Positions 16,527 through 26,344 of a stretch of DNA of 29,291 nt are shown one piece after another (the stretch's first letter is position 1; every line of letters begins with the position of its first letter). The stretch spans positions 1-29,291 of the forward strand of contig JBAXGK010000001.1 of assembly GCA_037139435.1 (NCBI GenBank), in the 5' to 3' direction. A model generated the notes under the pieces. The model was not told where the DNA came from. It searched no databases and worked only from the letters and a program-made list of their open reading frames with translations. A program made the translations under genes and the position numbers. The DNA comes from Candidatus Omnitrophota bacterium (GTDB lineage: Bacteria; Omnitrophota; Omnitrophia; Omnitrophales; Aquincolibacteriaceae).

Positions 16527-17444
16527 CTATTTTTTAAGGAGGTAATTCTTAACGTAATCCAGGATGCCTTCACGCGTCGTATAGCGGCAGCGGAAGCCCG
16601 TCATTCTTTCATGATGGCTCATGTCGGCCTGCGTGAAGTTCTGATAAAAGCTGTAAGGATTGTCGAAGTAATCGGGCTTATGGTTCGTCCCGAGCGCCTC
16701 ATTCAGAGCGTCCACGATCTCATTGAAGGAGGTCGCCTGTCCGGTGCCGAGGTTCATGACCGTGGATTCCTTGGCCTTGTGCGCCAAGAGCGTGGCTGTC
16801 ACGACGTCTTTGACGTAAATGTGATCGCGCTTTTGTTCGCCCCATTTGAAAATGCGCGGGCGGTGACCTTCCATCATTTTAAGTGCGAGCTGGTAGATCA
16901 TGCTTGAGGCGTGCCCTTTGTAACATTCCCTGGGCCCGAAGACGTTGAAGAACCGAAGTCCGACTACCTTGATCTTGTCATAATAGGAAGGCGCAAGCTG
17001 GTCCATGATCCACTTGGAGTAGCCGTAGATATTGTTGGGATTTCCCGCATCGGCTTCTTTGATGGGCCGGTCGATCGAGCCGTAGGTCGCGGCAGACGAG
17101 GCGTAGACCACGGCGGCTTTCTTTTCGACGGCGAGGTCGAGGACATTGCGGAAGCCCTCGACGTTATCGAACATCATCTTTTGCTCATCGAGGATCGTTG
17201 TGTCCGTGATGGCAGCCATGTGATAGATTATGTCCAGCTTTTTGCCCTTGGCCCAGCTCATCCAGGTCTTGTCCGAGCAGTCGTAGGCCAAAAGGTCGCC
17301 CTTGAAGCCGAGGAGGTTCTTGAAACAGGAGCTGCGGAAGTCCTCTAAGACCGTGATTCGGGCGTCAGGAAGGCTGGATTGTAGTTCGAGAGCAATGTTA
17401 GAGCCGATAAAGCCGGAGCCGCCCGTCACTAGAATATTCTTCAT
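16527..17444 (-). CDS. hldD: ADP-L-glycero-D-manno-heptose 6-epimerase
   Basis: TGGSGFIGSNI, YASSAATYG, YGYSK, GLRFFNVFGPRE.YKG..SSM, QNFTQADMS. Confidence 0.88.
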   Translation of the reverse strand: MKNILVTGGSGFIGSNIALELQSSLPDARITVLEDFRSSCFKNLLGFKGDLLAYDCSDKTWMSWAKGKKLDIIYHMAAITDTTILDEQKMMFDNVEGFRNVLDLAVEKKAAVVYASSAATYGSIDRPIKEADAGNPNNIYGYSKWIMDQLAPSYYDKIKVVGLRFFNVFGPRECYKGHASSMIYQLALKMMEGHRPRIFKWGEQKRDHIYVKDVVTATLLAHKAKESTVMNLGTGQATSFNEIVDALNEALGTNHKPDYFDNPYSFYQNFTQADMSHHERMTGFRCRYTTREGILDYVKNYLLKK

Positions 17445-17517
17445 AGGGTCGATATCATAGCCAAAAACAGCGAAAGTTCAAAGCTTTAATGCCGACAATA
17501 GAAGGGGGACATCGACG

Positions 17518-17826
17518 ATGAAAAAGACAAAGATCTTTTTAGTTCTTCTGCTTGTTCTTGGCGTGCTCTTCTCGCCTTCTTTTGCCTATGCGGAAATGGC
17601 AGAGGATATTTCCTATGCCGCTCGTGGAGCCGGTAAGATCGTGGGGGGTGTGTTCGCGATCCCGAAAGCCATGTTGCAGGATTCCGGGCGCGTGATGTTC
17701 CCCTTCGGGCTCGTGACCGGAGCGCTTCGAGGGACCGTTCAGACGGTGACGGGGGTGGTCGGCGGGGCTCTGGATGTCGCTCGCGGCGGCGCTCCGTATG
17801 CCAAGTACGCAGCTCTCGCGCTTTAG
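17518..17826 (+). CDS. Small exported Gly-rich hypothetical protein
   Basis: GAAGGGG RBS; signal peptide ending AYA; Gly-rich hydrophobic helices. Weak resemblance to TIGR04073-like proteins is unverified. Confidence 0.7.
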   Translation: MKKTKIFLVLLLVLGVLFSPSFAYAEMAEDISYAARGAGKIVGGVFAIPKAMLQDSGRVMFPFGLVTGALRGTVQTVTGVVGGALDVARGGAPYAKYAALAL

Positions 17827-17845
17827 AGTCTCTTCTTTTTAAAGG

Positions 17846-17880
17846 GGACAAGTTACTTTATGGAATAAAGTAGCCTGTCC
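17846..17880. terminator. REP-like hairpin/terminator between convergent genes (GGGGACA...TGTCC type)
   Basis: GGACA-AG-TTACTTTAT-gga-ATAAAGTAG-CC-TGTCC followed by a T run. Confidence 0.6.
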
Positions 17881-17883
17881 TTT

Positions 17884-18234
17884 TTATTTTCGAAAAATCT
17901 CTACGCCGACTTTTTTCGCGTTCCGGAGTGCATTCGGTTTTGAAACCCGCAAGAAGATATCCTTCAGTTTGAATTCCAGGAGCAGTACCTGAGCAAGGCG
18001 TTCTGCCAGAGTTTCGATCAGATAGAAACGGCTCTTTGCGGTAAATTCCGTGGCGCGGTCAGCGATCCTCTTATAATTCAAAGCATCCCTCAGATCGTCC
18101 CGCTTTGCGGCCTTTTTGATAGGGGCAGAAAGCTCGAGATCGATCACGATTTTTTGCTGTTTCGTGCGTTCTCGAGGAAGCGTTCCGATGATGCAGGAAA
18201 TTTCCAATCCTTGGATAAAGATTTTGTCAGACAT
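17884..18234 (-). CDS. folB: Dihydroneopterin aldolase
   Basis: DKIFIQGLEISCIIG...ER...QKIVIDLEL, ALNY, FYLIETLAERLA, VSKPNA...VGVEI. Confidence 0.93.
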   Translation of the reverse strand: MSDKIFIQGLEISCIIGTLPRERTKQQKIVIDLELSAPIKKAAKRDDLRDALNYKRIADRATEFTAKSRFYLIETLAERLAQVLLLEFKLKDIFLRVSKPNALRNAKKVGVEIFRK

Positions 18235-18259
18235 TGCGGTAGTGTAGCACTTGAAATAA

Positions 18260-18337
18260 AAGTTTCAAAGTGTCAGAGTATCAAAGTGTCAAAGCGTTGA
18301 TACTCTGATACACTGACACCCTGACACTCCAATACGC
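18260..18337. repeat. Inverted octamer array in the folB/rlmD divergent promoter region
   Basis: AAGTTTCA AAGTGTCA GAGTATCA AAGTGTCA (18260-18291), then TGATACTC TGATACAC TGACACCC TGACACTC CAATACGC (18298-18337). Confidence 0.85.
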
Positions 18338-18352
18338 TCTATATTTAATCCT

Positions 18353-19396
18353 ATGGAAACTAATACGAAAACAAAGCCACTTTGTCCATTGTTTGGCACC
18401 TGCGGAGGATGCCAGTATCAGGACATTCCCTACGAGGAGGAGCTTTCCCGTAAGGAGGCGATCTTGAAGGCCCTTCTTACCCAAGAGCTGAACCTTTCGG
18501 GCGAGGTCTTTGAGCCGATCGCAGCATCGCCGGAATTCTATTATTATCGTAATCGGTTGGATCTGACGCTCCGGAAAAGGAATAATGGGGAGCGCCAGAT
18601 GGGCTTCATGCTTCCCGGGACACAGCGGCTCCAGGAAGTGGCGGTTTGCGCGATCGCACGCAAAGAGATCAATGATTTTTTGCCTACCTTAAAAGAAGAA
18701 GCCGTCCGCAAGCTCCCGGAGGATTACAAAGTCGCGAATCTGGTGGTTCGCGTCGGCGATGAAGGCAAGGTGTTTTGGGGCGGCATCGGCCGGAGGTCGC
18801 TCCGGATGAAAGAAGAGGACTATTTTTGGACGACCGTAAAAGGGCGCAAGATATTTTACTCGCTCGATACATTCTTTCAGGCCAATCTATCGATCCTGGA
18901 TAAGATTGTTTCGAGGATTGAAAACCTGATCGAATGGAAGGAGGAGACGGTTTTCCTGGATCTTTATTCCGGCGTCGGACTTTTCGGGATCGCGTTGGCC
19001 GATCGCGCCAAGGAAGTGGTGATGATCGAATCCGGGTGTGATTCTGTGAAGCTGGCCCATTACAATGTCCTACATCATAAGTTGAACCATGTGAGGATCT
19101 TTGAAGGGCAGGTCGAGGTCCATTTGCCGGAGGCTTTGAAAGAGTTGAGCGGGAAACCTTGCGTGGCGTTGATCGATCCGCCGCGCGGAGGTCTTGCAGG
19201 CTCCGCGATCGAGACGCTCGGACAGGCGAAGGATCTTCATTCTTTATTTTATCTCTCTTGTTCGCCGGAGTCGCTTGCGCGGGATCTGAAACACCTGGCG
19301 CAGGTAGGCTGGCAGATTCGGAAGATCATGCCATTCGATTTTTTCCCGCGGACGAGACACTTGGAGACCCTGGTATGGCTTGTTCGGTTCCACTAG
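18353..19396 (+). CDS. RlmD/RumA-family RNA (uracil-5)-methyltransferase, lacking a TRAM domain
   Basis: CPLFGTCGGCQYQ Fe-S motif, YYRNRL, FFQAN, LDLYSGVGLFG, DPPRGG, YLSC, DFFPRTRHLE. Confidence 0.9.
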   Translation: METNTKTKPLCPLFGTCGGCQYQDIPYEEELSRKEAILKALLTQELNLSGEVFEPIAASPEFYYYRNRLDLTLRKRNNGERQMGFMLPGTQRLQEVAVCAIARKEINDFLPTLKEEAVRKLPEDYKVANLVVRVGDEGKVFWGGIGRRSLRMKEEDYFWTTVKGRKIFYSLDTFFQANLSILDKIVSRIENLIEWKEETVFLDLYSGVGLFGIALADRAKEVVMIESGCDSVKLAHYNVLHHKLNHVRIFEGQVEVHLPEALKELSGKPCVALIDPPRGGLAGSAIETLGQAKDLHSLFYLSCSPESLARDLKHLAQVGWQIRKIMPFDFFPRTRHLETLVWLVRFH

Positions 19397-19398
19397 GC

Positions 19399-20034
19399 AT
19401 GTCATCCCCGCATGCTTTAATCGGGAATGACAAAGAAATTAAAGCGCGAAAGTTCGTACAGGAGAATTATACTCCCATTGTTTTCAACGAATTCTTCGGG
19501 AATTCCAACCCTGTGGAGATGGAGATCGGATGCGGGAAGGGGAAATTCCTGGTTGCTCGCTCGATTGAAAATCCCCATACAAACTTTTTCGGGATCGATC
19601 GGGTCAGCAAGTTCATGAATATAGGGAAGACGCGCGCACAGAAGCGAGCGCTTCCCAACATTCGGTTCCTTCGGGCCGAGGCACGAGCTTTTTTGACGGA
19701 GGCGATCGCGCCCGGAAGCGTGAGCCTCTTCCACATCTATTTTCCGGACCCCTGGCCGAAACGCAGGCATCATGTTCGCCGGGTTTTCACAACGGAGCTT
19801 CTTAAGCTGCTTCACGCACGGCTTGTGCCAGGCGGGCTGGTGGAGATCGCGACTGATGATAAAGACTATTTTGATGCCATGAAGAAAACCATAGCGGCTA
19901 CTGCAGAACTCTGGGAGAATGTGCGCGAAGCCGTCAATGAGAGGATCCTGGGCGGCATGAACAAGACAAGTTATGAGATCAAATGGGCGGCGCAAGGCCG
20001 TTCTCTTTACTACAGGGAGCTTAAAAGACGATGA
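19399..20034 (+). CDS. trmB: tRNA (guanine-N7)-methyltransferase
   Basis: EIGCGKGKF, FFGID, HIYFPDPWPKRRHHVRR, ATDDKDYF, TSYEIK; ATG 2 nt after the upstream stop. Confidence 0.92.
   Translation: MSSPHALIGNDKEIKARKFVQENYTPIVFNEFFGNSNPVEMEIGCGKGKFLVARSIENPHTNFFGIDRVSKFMNIGKTRAQKRALPNIRFLRAEARAFLTEAIAPGSVSLFHIYFPDPWPKRRHHVRRVFTTELLKLLHARLVPGGLVEIATDDKDYFDAMKKTIAATAELWENVREAVNERILGGMNKTSYEIKWAAQGRSLYYRELKRR
19400..19432. repeat. Short GTCATCCC...GGGA(A)TGAC palindromic element overlapping the trmB start
   Basis: TGTCATCCCCGCATGCTTTAATCGGGAATGACA; left arm homologous to 27237-27263. Confidence 0.7.
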
Positions 20035-20765
20035 GGATCGCACACGCTTTGGCCAGCGCGGGGCTTGGGTCTCGCAGGAAATGCGAGGTCTTTGTCACCA
20101 ATGGCGCTATCTCTGTCAATGGCGAGGTCGTCCAAGACCTTGGCCGGCAGGTCGATTTCCAAAAAGATACGATCATGTATCGGCAAAAGGTCCTCCAGCT
20201 CGCGCCGCATGTCTATTTTATTGTGAATAAACCCGAGGGGTATGTGGTGACGGCCGAGGATCGGCATGCCAAGAAAACGGTCTTTGATCTTTTGCCGCGG
20301 CATCTTGTGGTTGCCACAAGGCAATCCTCTACGAACCGCGTCCGCGTGTTCCCGGTCGGGCGACTGGATAAAGATTCTTCAGGATTGCTCCTGATGACCA
20401 ATGATGGCGAACTCGCGAACCGTCTGATCCATCCGCGCTTTCACGTGGAAAAATGGTATCAGGTGAAGCTCAATCGCGCCTGGGACGAGCGGGACCGCAA
20501 CAGGGTGCTCGAGGGTTTCCATTCGTACGATGGATTTCTCAAGCTGGAAGAGATCCGGCCGATCTCAACGCGGATCGTGATGGTGGAACTTCGCGAAGGA
20601 AAGAAGCGCCAGATCCGGCGGGTGCTCCAGCGATTCGAATATGATGTGGTGATGCTCAACCGTTTTTCTTTTGGGCCCTTAAAGCTCGGGCATCTTGCGC
20701 CCGGTCAGGGCCGCTTTCTGACTTCCTACGAGGCCCGCGAACTTCGCGAGGCAGTGGATCTCTAA
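20031..20765 (+). CDS. Ribosomal RNA pseudouridine synthase, RsuA/RluB family
   Basis: S4 domain (GLGSRRKCE), NKPEGYV, PVGRLDKDSSGLLLMTNDGELANRLIHP, EGKKRQIRR. Confidence 0.92.
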   Translation: MRIAHALASAGLGSRRKCEVFVTNGAISVNGEVVQDLGRQVDFQKDTIMYRQKVLQLAPHVYFIVNKPEGYVVTAEDRHAKKTVFDLLPRHLVVATRQSSTNRVRVFPVGRLDKDSSGLLLMTNDGELANRLIHPRFHVEKWYQVKLNRAWDERDRNRVLEGFHSYDGFLKLEEIRPISTRIVMVELREGKKRQIRRVLQRFEYDVVMLNRFSFGPLKLGHLAPGQGRFLTSYEARELREAVDL

Positions 20766-20771
20766 AGATCG

Positions 20772-20839
20772 CGCAACGCTCAGCGGTCAACGATCAACGT
20801 AAAAGCCTAGAATACATTCGTTGCGCGTTGTACGTTGCG
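20772..20839. repeat. Inverted heptamer array (NNCAACG family), second copy
   Basis: CGCAACG CTCAGCG GTCAACG ATCAACG (20772-20799), then CGTTGCG CGTTGTA CGTTGCG (20819-20839), between convergent stops. Confidence 0.85.
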
Positions 20840-20843
20840 CGCG

Positions 20844-21089
20844 CTATTCCTCAATCGTTTTGTTCCGCGGGTGATAGAAGAGGCGCTTCTTCGAATCTGC
20901 ATCCTCCATGATAACCACCAAGTGATCGTCCACTGAAAAGGCCGGATGCATCTGGATCTCTTCGGCCCTGACGCCCTTGCCCTTCAAAAAATCCAGAAGG
21001 AATTCCTGCTCGGGTTCTTTTAAAGTGCATTTGATCTCCAGAAAATCCCGCACCAGATATTCCCAGGTTTGTTTGTTGACGAAGCTCAT
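20844..21089 (-). CDS. Hypothetical protein, 81 aa
   Basis: CGGAGG RBS upstream; fills the gap; no family recognised. Confidence 0.7.
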   Translation of the reverse strand: MSFVNKQTWEYLVRDFLEIKCTLKEPEQEFLLDFLKGKGVRAEEIQMHPAFSVDDHLVVIMEDADSKKRLFYHPRNKTIEE

Positions 21090-21271
21090 CGCAATACCTC
21101 CGTGGGTTGTTCGCTTGTCCTTAACAATAGCGGGTGGGGGCGATCTTTGAAAGGGAGGAAGTTGTAACTTCTTTGGGGAGTCTACTATTGGTAGATGCCT
21201 GGTGTTTTTTAGTATAGGGCCCGAGGGAGGATTCAGCCTCGGTTTTCCCCTAAAAAAATTTTAAAATAAAT

Positions 21272-21300
21272 TTGACAGATATTGAATCGTGAGCTATATT
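21272..21300 (+). promoter_or_regulatory. Sigma70-type promoter of the sulfur operon
   Basis: TTGACA (21272-21277), 17 nt, TATATT (21295-21300). Confidence 0.7.
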
Positions 21301-21330
21301 ACGCCTACTAATCTATGGGGTTACTAGACT

Positions 21331-21783
21331 ATGATATCTAACAAGACAAAATACGCTCTTAAAGCCGTTCTGATGCTGACGGGGAAATATGCCTCGAAGG
21401 AGCCTGTTCTGATCGCCGAGATCGCAGAAAAAGAGTCGATTCCGAAGAAATTCCTGGAGTCGATCCTTCTGGAGCTCAGGAATAAAGGACTCCTGCAGAG
21501 CAAGAAGGGAAAGGGTGGCGGGTATCTTTTGGCACGCTCACCGGACCAGATCAGCTTTGGGGAAGTGATCGGGATCTTCGAGAATCCTTTTGGGGCGCTG
21601 CCTTGCCTGGACGTGAAGGCGAATCGCCGGTGCGATGAATGTAAAAGAGGTAGCGCCTGCGGGATCCAAATGGTGATGCAGGAAGTCTACCGGACGACTT
21701 CGAGCATTCTGAACATTACGACTTTTAAAGACGTCTATGATCGAATGCGAAATACGAACCAGGAAGCTATGTATTTCATATAA
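21331..21783 (+). CDS. Rrf2 family transcriptional regulator (CymR/IscR-like)
   Basis: KTKYALKA, IPKKFLESILLELRNKGLLQSKKGKGGGYLLARSPDQI; Cys pattern C-X8-C-X2-C-X5-C. Confidence 0.93.
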   Translation: MISNKTKYALKAVLMLTGKYASKEPVLIAEIAEKESIPKKFLESILLELRNKGLLQSKKGKGGGYLLARSPDQISFGEVIGIFENPFGALPCLDVKANRRCDECKRGSACGIQMVMQEVYRTTSSILNITTFKDVYDRMRNTNQEAMYFI

Positions 21784-21793
21784 CTAAAACGAA

Positions 21794-23145
<1,352 letters not shown>

Positions 23146-23167
23146 GGGACAAGATCGGATAAAACCT

Positions 23168-23368
23168 ATGGCCACAGAACCTGAAAAAGTCAAAAAGGGC
23201 AATATCATCAACGACGCGATCATCAAAGATATCGCGGTGATCCTTGGCGGCTTGAAATACGGGGAAATCGTCATTAAGGTCCACGACTCGAAGATCATCC
23301 AAGTCGAAAAGACCGAAAAAACAAGATACGACAACTACCGTGGCATGGAACAGGGCTGCGGTATCTGA
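23168..23368 (+). CDS. YezD/DUF2292-like small protein
   Basis: GLKYGEIVIKVHDSKIIQVEKTEKTR signature; 66 aa from ATG 23168. Confidence 0.85.
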   Translation: MATEPEKVKKGNIINDAIIKDIAVILGGLKYGEIVIKVHDSKIIQVEKTEKTRYDNYRGMEQGCGI

Positions 23369-23388
23369 AGGAGGACAAGTTTTTCAGT

Positions 23389-23467
23389 CTACCGGACCAC
23401 CGGCTGACACAATGAAGTAACAATCAAAATTAAATTTTCGCCTTTCCGACCCGACCACGGGATGACA
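23389..23467 (+). promoter_or_regulatory. Pair of ACCA-loop mini-hairpins (candidate RNA regulatory element)
   Basis: CTACCGGACCACCGGCTGACA (23389-23409) and CGACCCGACCACGGGATGACA (23447-23467); 17/21 identical, with one compensatory stem pair. Confidence 0.45.
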
Positions 23468-23500
23468 GGGCACACAAAATCGGACAAGGAGAAAACTAAA

Positions 23501-24394
23501 ATGAAGAAGTTCATTGTGTTGGGGCTTTTGGCCTCTTTCGTCAGCTGGCAGTTTACCGGAATTTCGTATGCTGGAGTTCCCTTAAACAATCTGGAAGGTG
23601 TCGGAGGTATTGCGTTCAACCCTTTGGCGTATCTGGCCAATGCGGGAAGTAAATGGAAGAAAGAAACGCCGGTATCACCTGAAGCAGGAAAGCCCGGAAC
23701 AGAAAAGAAGGCTTTTAACGATTATGGGTTGCTGGAAAATGTCAGCAAGCCCCAGGGCGGAGTGTGGTACGTGCGTTTGCCCCAGTCTCACGTGGATTGG
23801 ACCGCGCTGGGCTCGGCTTTCTCGCTGTACGACCGGGTCGAAGTTTCGTATGGGTGGGAGGCGGTGGCGCAGCATGGTGCTAAGACGATCTATAAGAACA
23901 ATGTCGGCACCAAATTGCTTTTGGTTCCGGAGAATGCCGGAGATCATAAGTTTATCCCAGCGATCTCGATCGGCGGTATTCTGAAGAATACTGACTATGT
24001 ACCGTCAGGGACAAAACATGTGGGCGTTGACGCGTATTTGGTCGCAACGAAGCTGATCAAAGAAACGCCGCTTCCGGTGCTGTTGTCGGGAGGTTTGTTG
24101 GCCACGAACAGCCGTACAACCGGTGTTTTTGGATATGATCCCAATTACCGGTTCACATGGTTCGGGAATGTGGACCTGATCGTTCTTAAGAATTTGGCGG
24201 TGGGTTATGAATACAAGCAAGGCGCCAAATTCCACGGTTGGCACGATGCGGATTATCAAGACGTTCATGCGGCGTGGTTCATCAATGACAAGTGGACCCT
24301 CGTCGGCGCTTGGGTCTATGCGGGCAAAGCCAAGAGCAGTAAGGAGGTCGGACTGGGGGATGGTTTTACAGCCAGCTTGCATTACGCTTTTTAA
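23501..24394 (+). CDS. DUF3034-like predicted outer-membrane beta-barrel protein
   Basis: AAGGAG RBS; signal peptide; GVPLNNLEGVGGIAFNP; alternating amphipathic strands; C-terminal aromatic signature LHYAF. Confidence 0.7.
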   Translation: MKKFIVLGLLASFVSWQFTGISYAGVPLNNLEGVGGIAFNPLAYLANAGSKWKKETPVSPEAGKPGTEKKAFNDYGLLENVSKPQGGVWYVRLPQSHVDWTALGSAFSLYDRVEVSYGWEAVAQHGAKTIYKNNVGTKLLLVPENAGDHKFIPAISIGGILKNTDYVPSGTKHVGVDAYLVATKLIKETPLPVLLSGGLLATNSRTTGVFGYDPNYRFTWFGNVDLIVLKNLAVGYEYKQGAKFHGWHDADYQDVHAAWFINDKWTLVGAWVYAGKAKSSKEVGLGDGFTASLHYAF

Positions 24395-24442
24395 AATGGA
24401 AAAGGGCTTAGTTTTACAGAAAAAAATAAAAAAGGAGGATAC

Positions 24443-25375
24443 ATGGGAATCTATCAAGATATTACAAAAACCGTTGGAAATACGCCGCTGGTGCGCTTGA
24501 ACCGTCTGACAACGGGACTTGCCGCGACGGTGCTGGTAAAACTGGAATCGGCGAACCCGCTTTCAAGCGTCAAGGACAGGATCGGTGTCGCGATGGTCGA
24601 GGCCGCCGAGAAAGCCGGGAAGCTCAAGCCTGGCAGTGTCATTGTGGAGCCTACGAGCGGAAACACAGGGATCGCTCTGGCGTTTGTTGCTGCGGCGCGA
24701 GGGTACAGGCTTATTCTAACCATGCCGGAGACCATGAGCGTCGAACGTCGCCAGCTTTTGAAGATCCTGGGTGCGGAAGTGGTTCTGACCGAGGGGGCAC
24801 AGGGCATGCGAGGTGCGGTCGAAAAAGCTGAGGAGATCGCGAAGAAGGTTCCCGGAAGTTTTATTCCGCAACAGTTCAACAACCCTGCGAATGCGGAGGT
24901 CCACCGGAAAACGACGGCTGAAGAGATCTGGAAAGATACGGACGGAGCTGTAGATATTTTTATCGCCGGGGTTGGGACAGGCGGTACGCTGACCGGCGTA
25001 GGCGAAATCCTGAAACAAAGAAAACCCTCGGCAAAAATCATCGCTGTGGAGCCGGTCGACTCTCCCGTATTGTCGGGCGGAAAAGCAGGACCTCACAAGA
25101 TCCAAGGGATTGGCGCCGGGTTTGTCCCCGGGGTTTTGAACACGAAGGTCTACGATGAGATCATCAAGGTTCGTCATGAGGATGCCGGGGAAGTAGCCCG
25201 TCAGTTGGCACGCCAGGAAGGGATCCTGGGAGGAATCTCGGCCGGCGCGAATGTTTGGGCCGCGCTGGAAGTGGCGAAACGGCCGGAGTCCAAAGGCAAG
25301 ACGATTGTGACCGTCATCTGCGATAGCGGAGAAAGATATCTCTCGACCTGGCTCTTTCAGGAATTCGCGGGTTGA
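24443..25375 (+). CDS. cysK: Cysteine synthase A
   Basis: [59 protein letters not shown]. Confidence 0.97.
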   Translation: MGIYQDITKTVGNTPLVRLNRLTTGLAATVLVKLESANPLSSVKDRIGVAMVEAAEKAGKLKPGSVIVEPTSGNTGIALAFVAAARGYRLILTMPETMSVERRQLLKILGAEVVLTEGAQGMRGAVEKAEEIAKKVPGSFIPQQFNNPANAEVHRKTTAEEIWKDTDGAVDIFIAGVGTGGTLTGVGEILKQRKPSAKIIAVEPVDSPVLSGGKAGPHKIQGIGAGFVPGVLNTKVYDEIIKVRHEDAGEVARQLARQEGILGGISAGANVWAALEVAKRPESKGKTIVTVICDSGERYLSTWLFQEFAG

Positions 25376-25389
25376 TTGCTGAGAATCCT

Positions 25390-25611
25390 ATGATAGACCA
25401 CCATTGGAGAAGTATCGTAAAAGCAATTTCATACCGGATCACAGGGACTATCACGACGATTCTTATTTCCTTGGCCATTACCCGGCAACTGAAATTTGCT
25501 CTCTCGATCGGGCTTGCCGACGTGTTCATCAAGATCCTGGTTTATTATCTTCATGAACGCGCGTGGAACAAAATCAAGCTGGGTCGAAAGCCGCTCGATT
25601 ACCAGATCTAA
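25390..25611 (+). CDS. DUF2061-like small membrane protein
   Basis: RSIVKAISYRITGT...KILVYYLHERAWNKI. Confidence 0.85.
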   Translation: MIDHHWRSIVKAISYRITGTITTILISLAITRQLKFALSIGLADVFIKILVYYLHERAWNKIKLGRKPLDYQI

Positions 25612-25615
25612 CGCT

Positions 25616-26344
25616 ATGGAAAATCTTAAAGCATTCAATCTAAATTTGGCGGGAAAGGGGCCCGAGGATGTTTTGTCATGGGCCATCGGCCATTTCGGGC
25701 CGGACAAGGTCGCTCTGGCGTCAAGTCTTGGGGCGGAGGATCAGGTCCTGACGGATATGCTGCTCAAGATCGATCCAAGTGCAATCGTTTTTACAATTGA
25801 CACGGGGCGGTTGCCTCAGGAAACGCTTGAGTGCTTAAAGGACACAGAAAAAAAACACAGTTTCAAATACCACGTTTATGCTCCAGAGGTTGGCGCAGTA
25901 AAAAAAATGGTAGCGGAGAAGGGGCTGGATCTTTTTTATGAAAGTGTCGAGAACCGGAAACTTTGTTGCCATATCCGGAAGGTCGAGCCGCTCAAGCGCG
26001 CGCTGCAAGGTCTCAAGGTCTGGATCTGCGGTCTGCGTCGCGAGCAATCCGTGACGCGCGCGGACCTGAATGTTATCGAATGGGATGAAGCGAACGGTCT
26101 TTATAAGATCAATCCGCTGATTGATTGGACGGAAAAGCAGGTTTGGGATTATGTTCATGCCGAAAAGATTCCTTATAACAAGTTGCATGATCAGGGATAT
26201 CCGAGTATCGGTTGCGCTCCGTGCACGCGGGCGGTGAAGCCAGGTGAGGATGTTCGTGCCGGACGGTGGTGGTGGGAGAGCCCGGATAAAAAAGAATGCG
26301 GCTTACATTTTAAGGACGGCAAAGTTGTGAGGAAAGGTTCGTAA
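25616..26344 (+). CDS. cysH: Assimilatory APS reductase (Fe-S type)
   Basis: ATG 25616; [12 protein letters not shown] (117-118) plus SIGCAPC (200-203), i.e. CC-X81-CXXC; [13 protein letters not shown]. Confidence 0.95.
   Translation: MENLKAFNLNLAGKGPEDVLSWAIGHFGPDKVALASSLGAEDQVLTDMLLKIDPSAIVFTIDTGRLPQETLECLKDTEKKHSFKYHVYAPEVGAVKKMVAEKGLDLFYESVENRKLCCHIRKVEPLKRALQGLKVWICGLRREQSVTRADLNVIEWDEANGLYKINPLIDWTEKQVWDYVHAEKIPYNKLHDQGYPSIGCAPCTRAVKPGEDVRAGRWWWESPDKKECGLHFKDGKVVRKGS

Noticed and set aside
19159-19398. N-terminal extension of TrmB in the ORF track
   Set aside because: Overlaps the conserved C-terminus of the upstream methyltransferase; ATG 19399 fits translational coupling.
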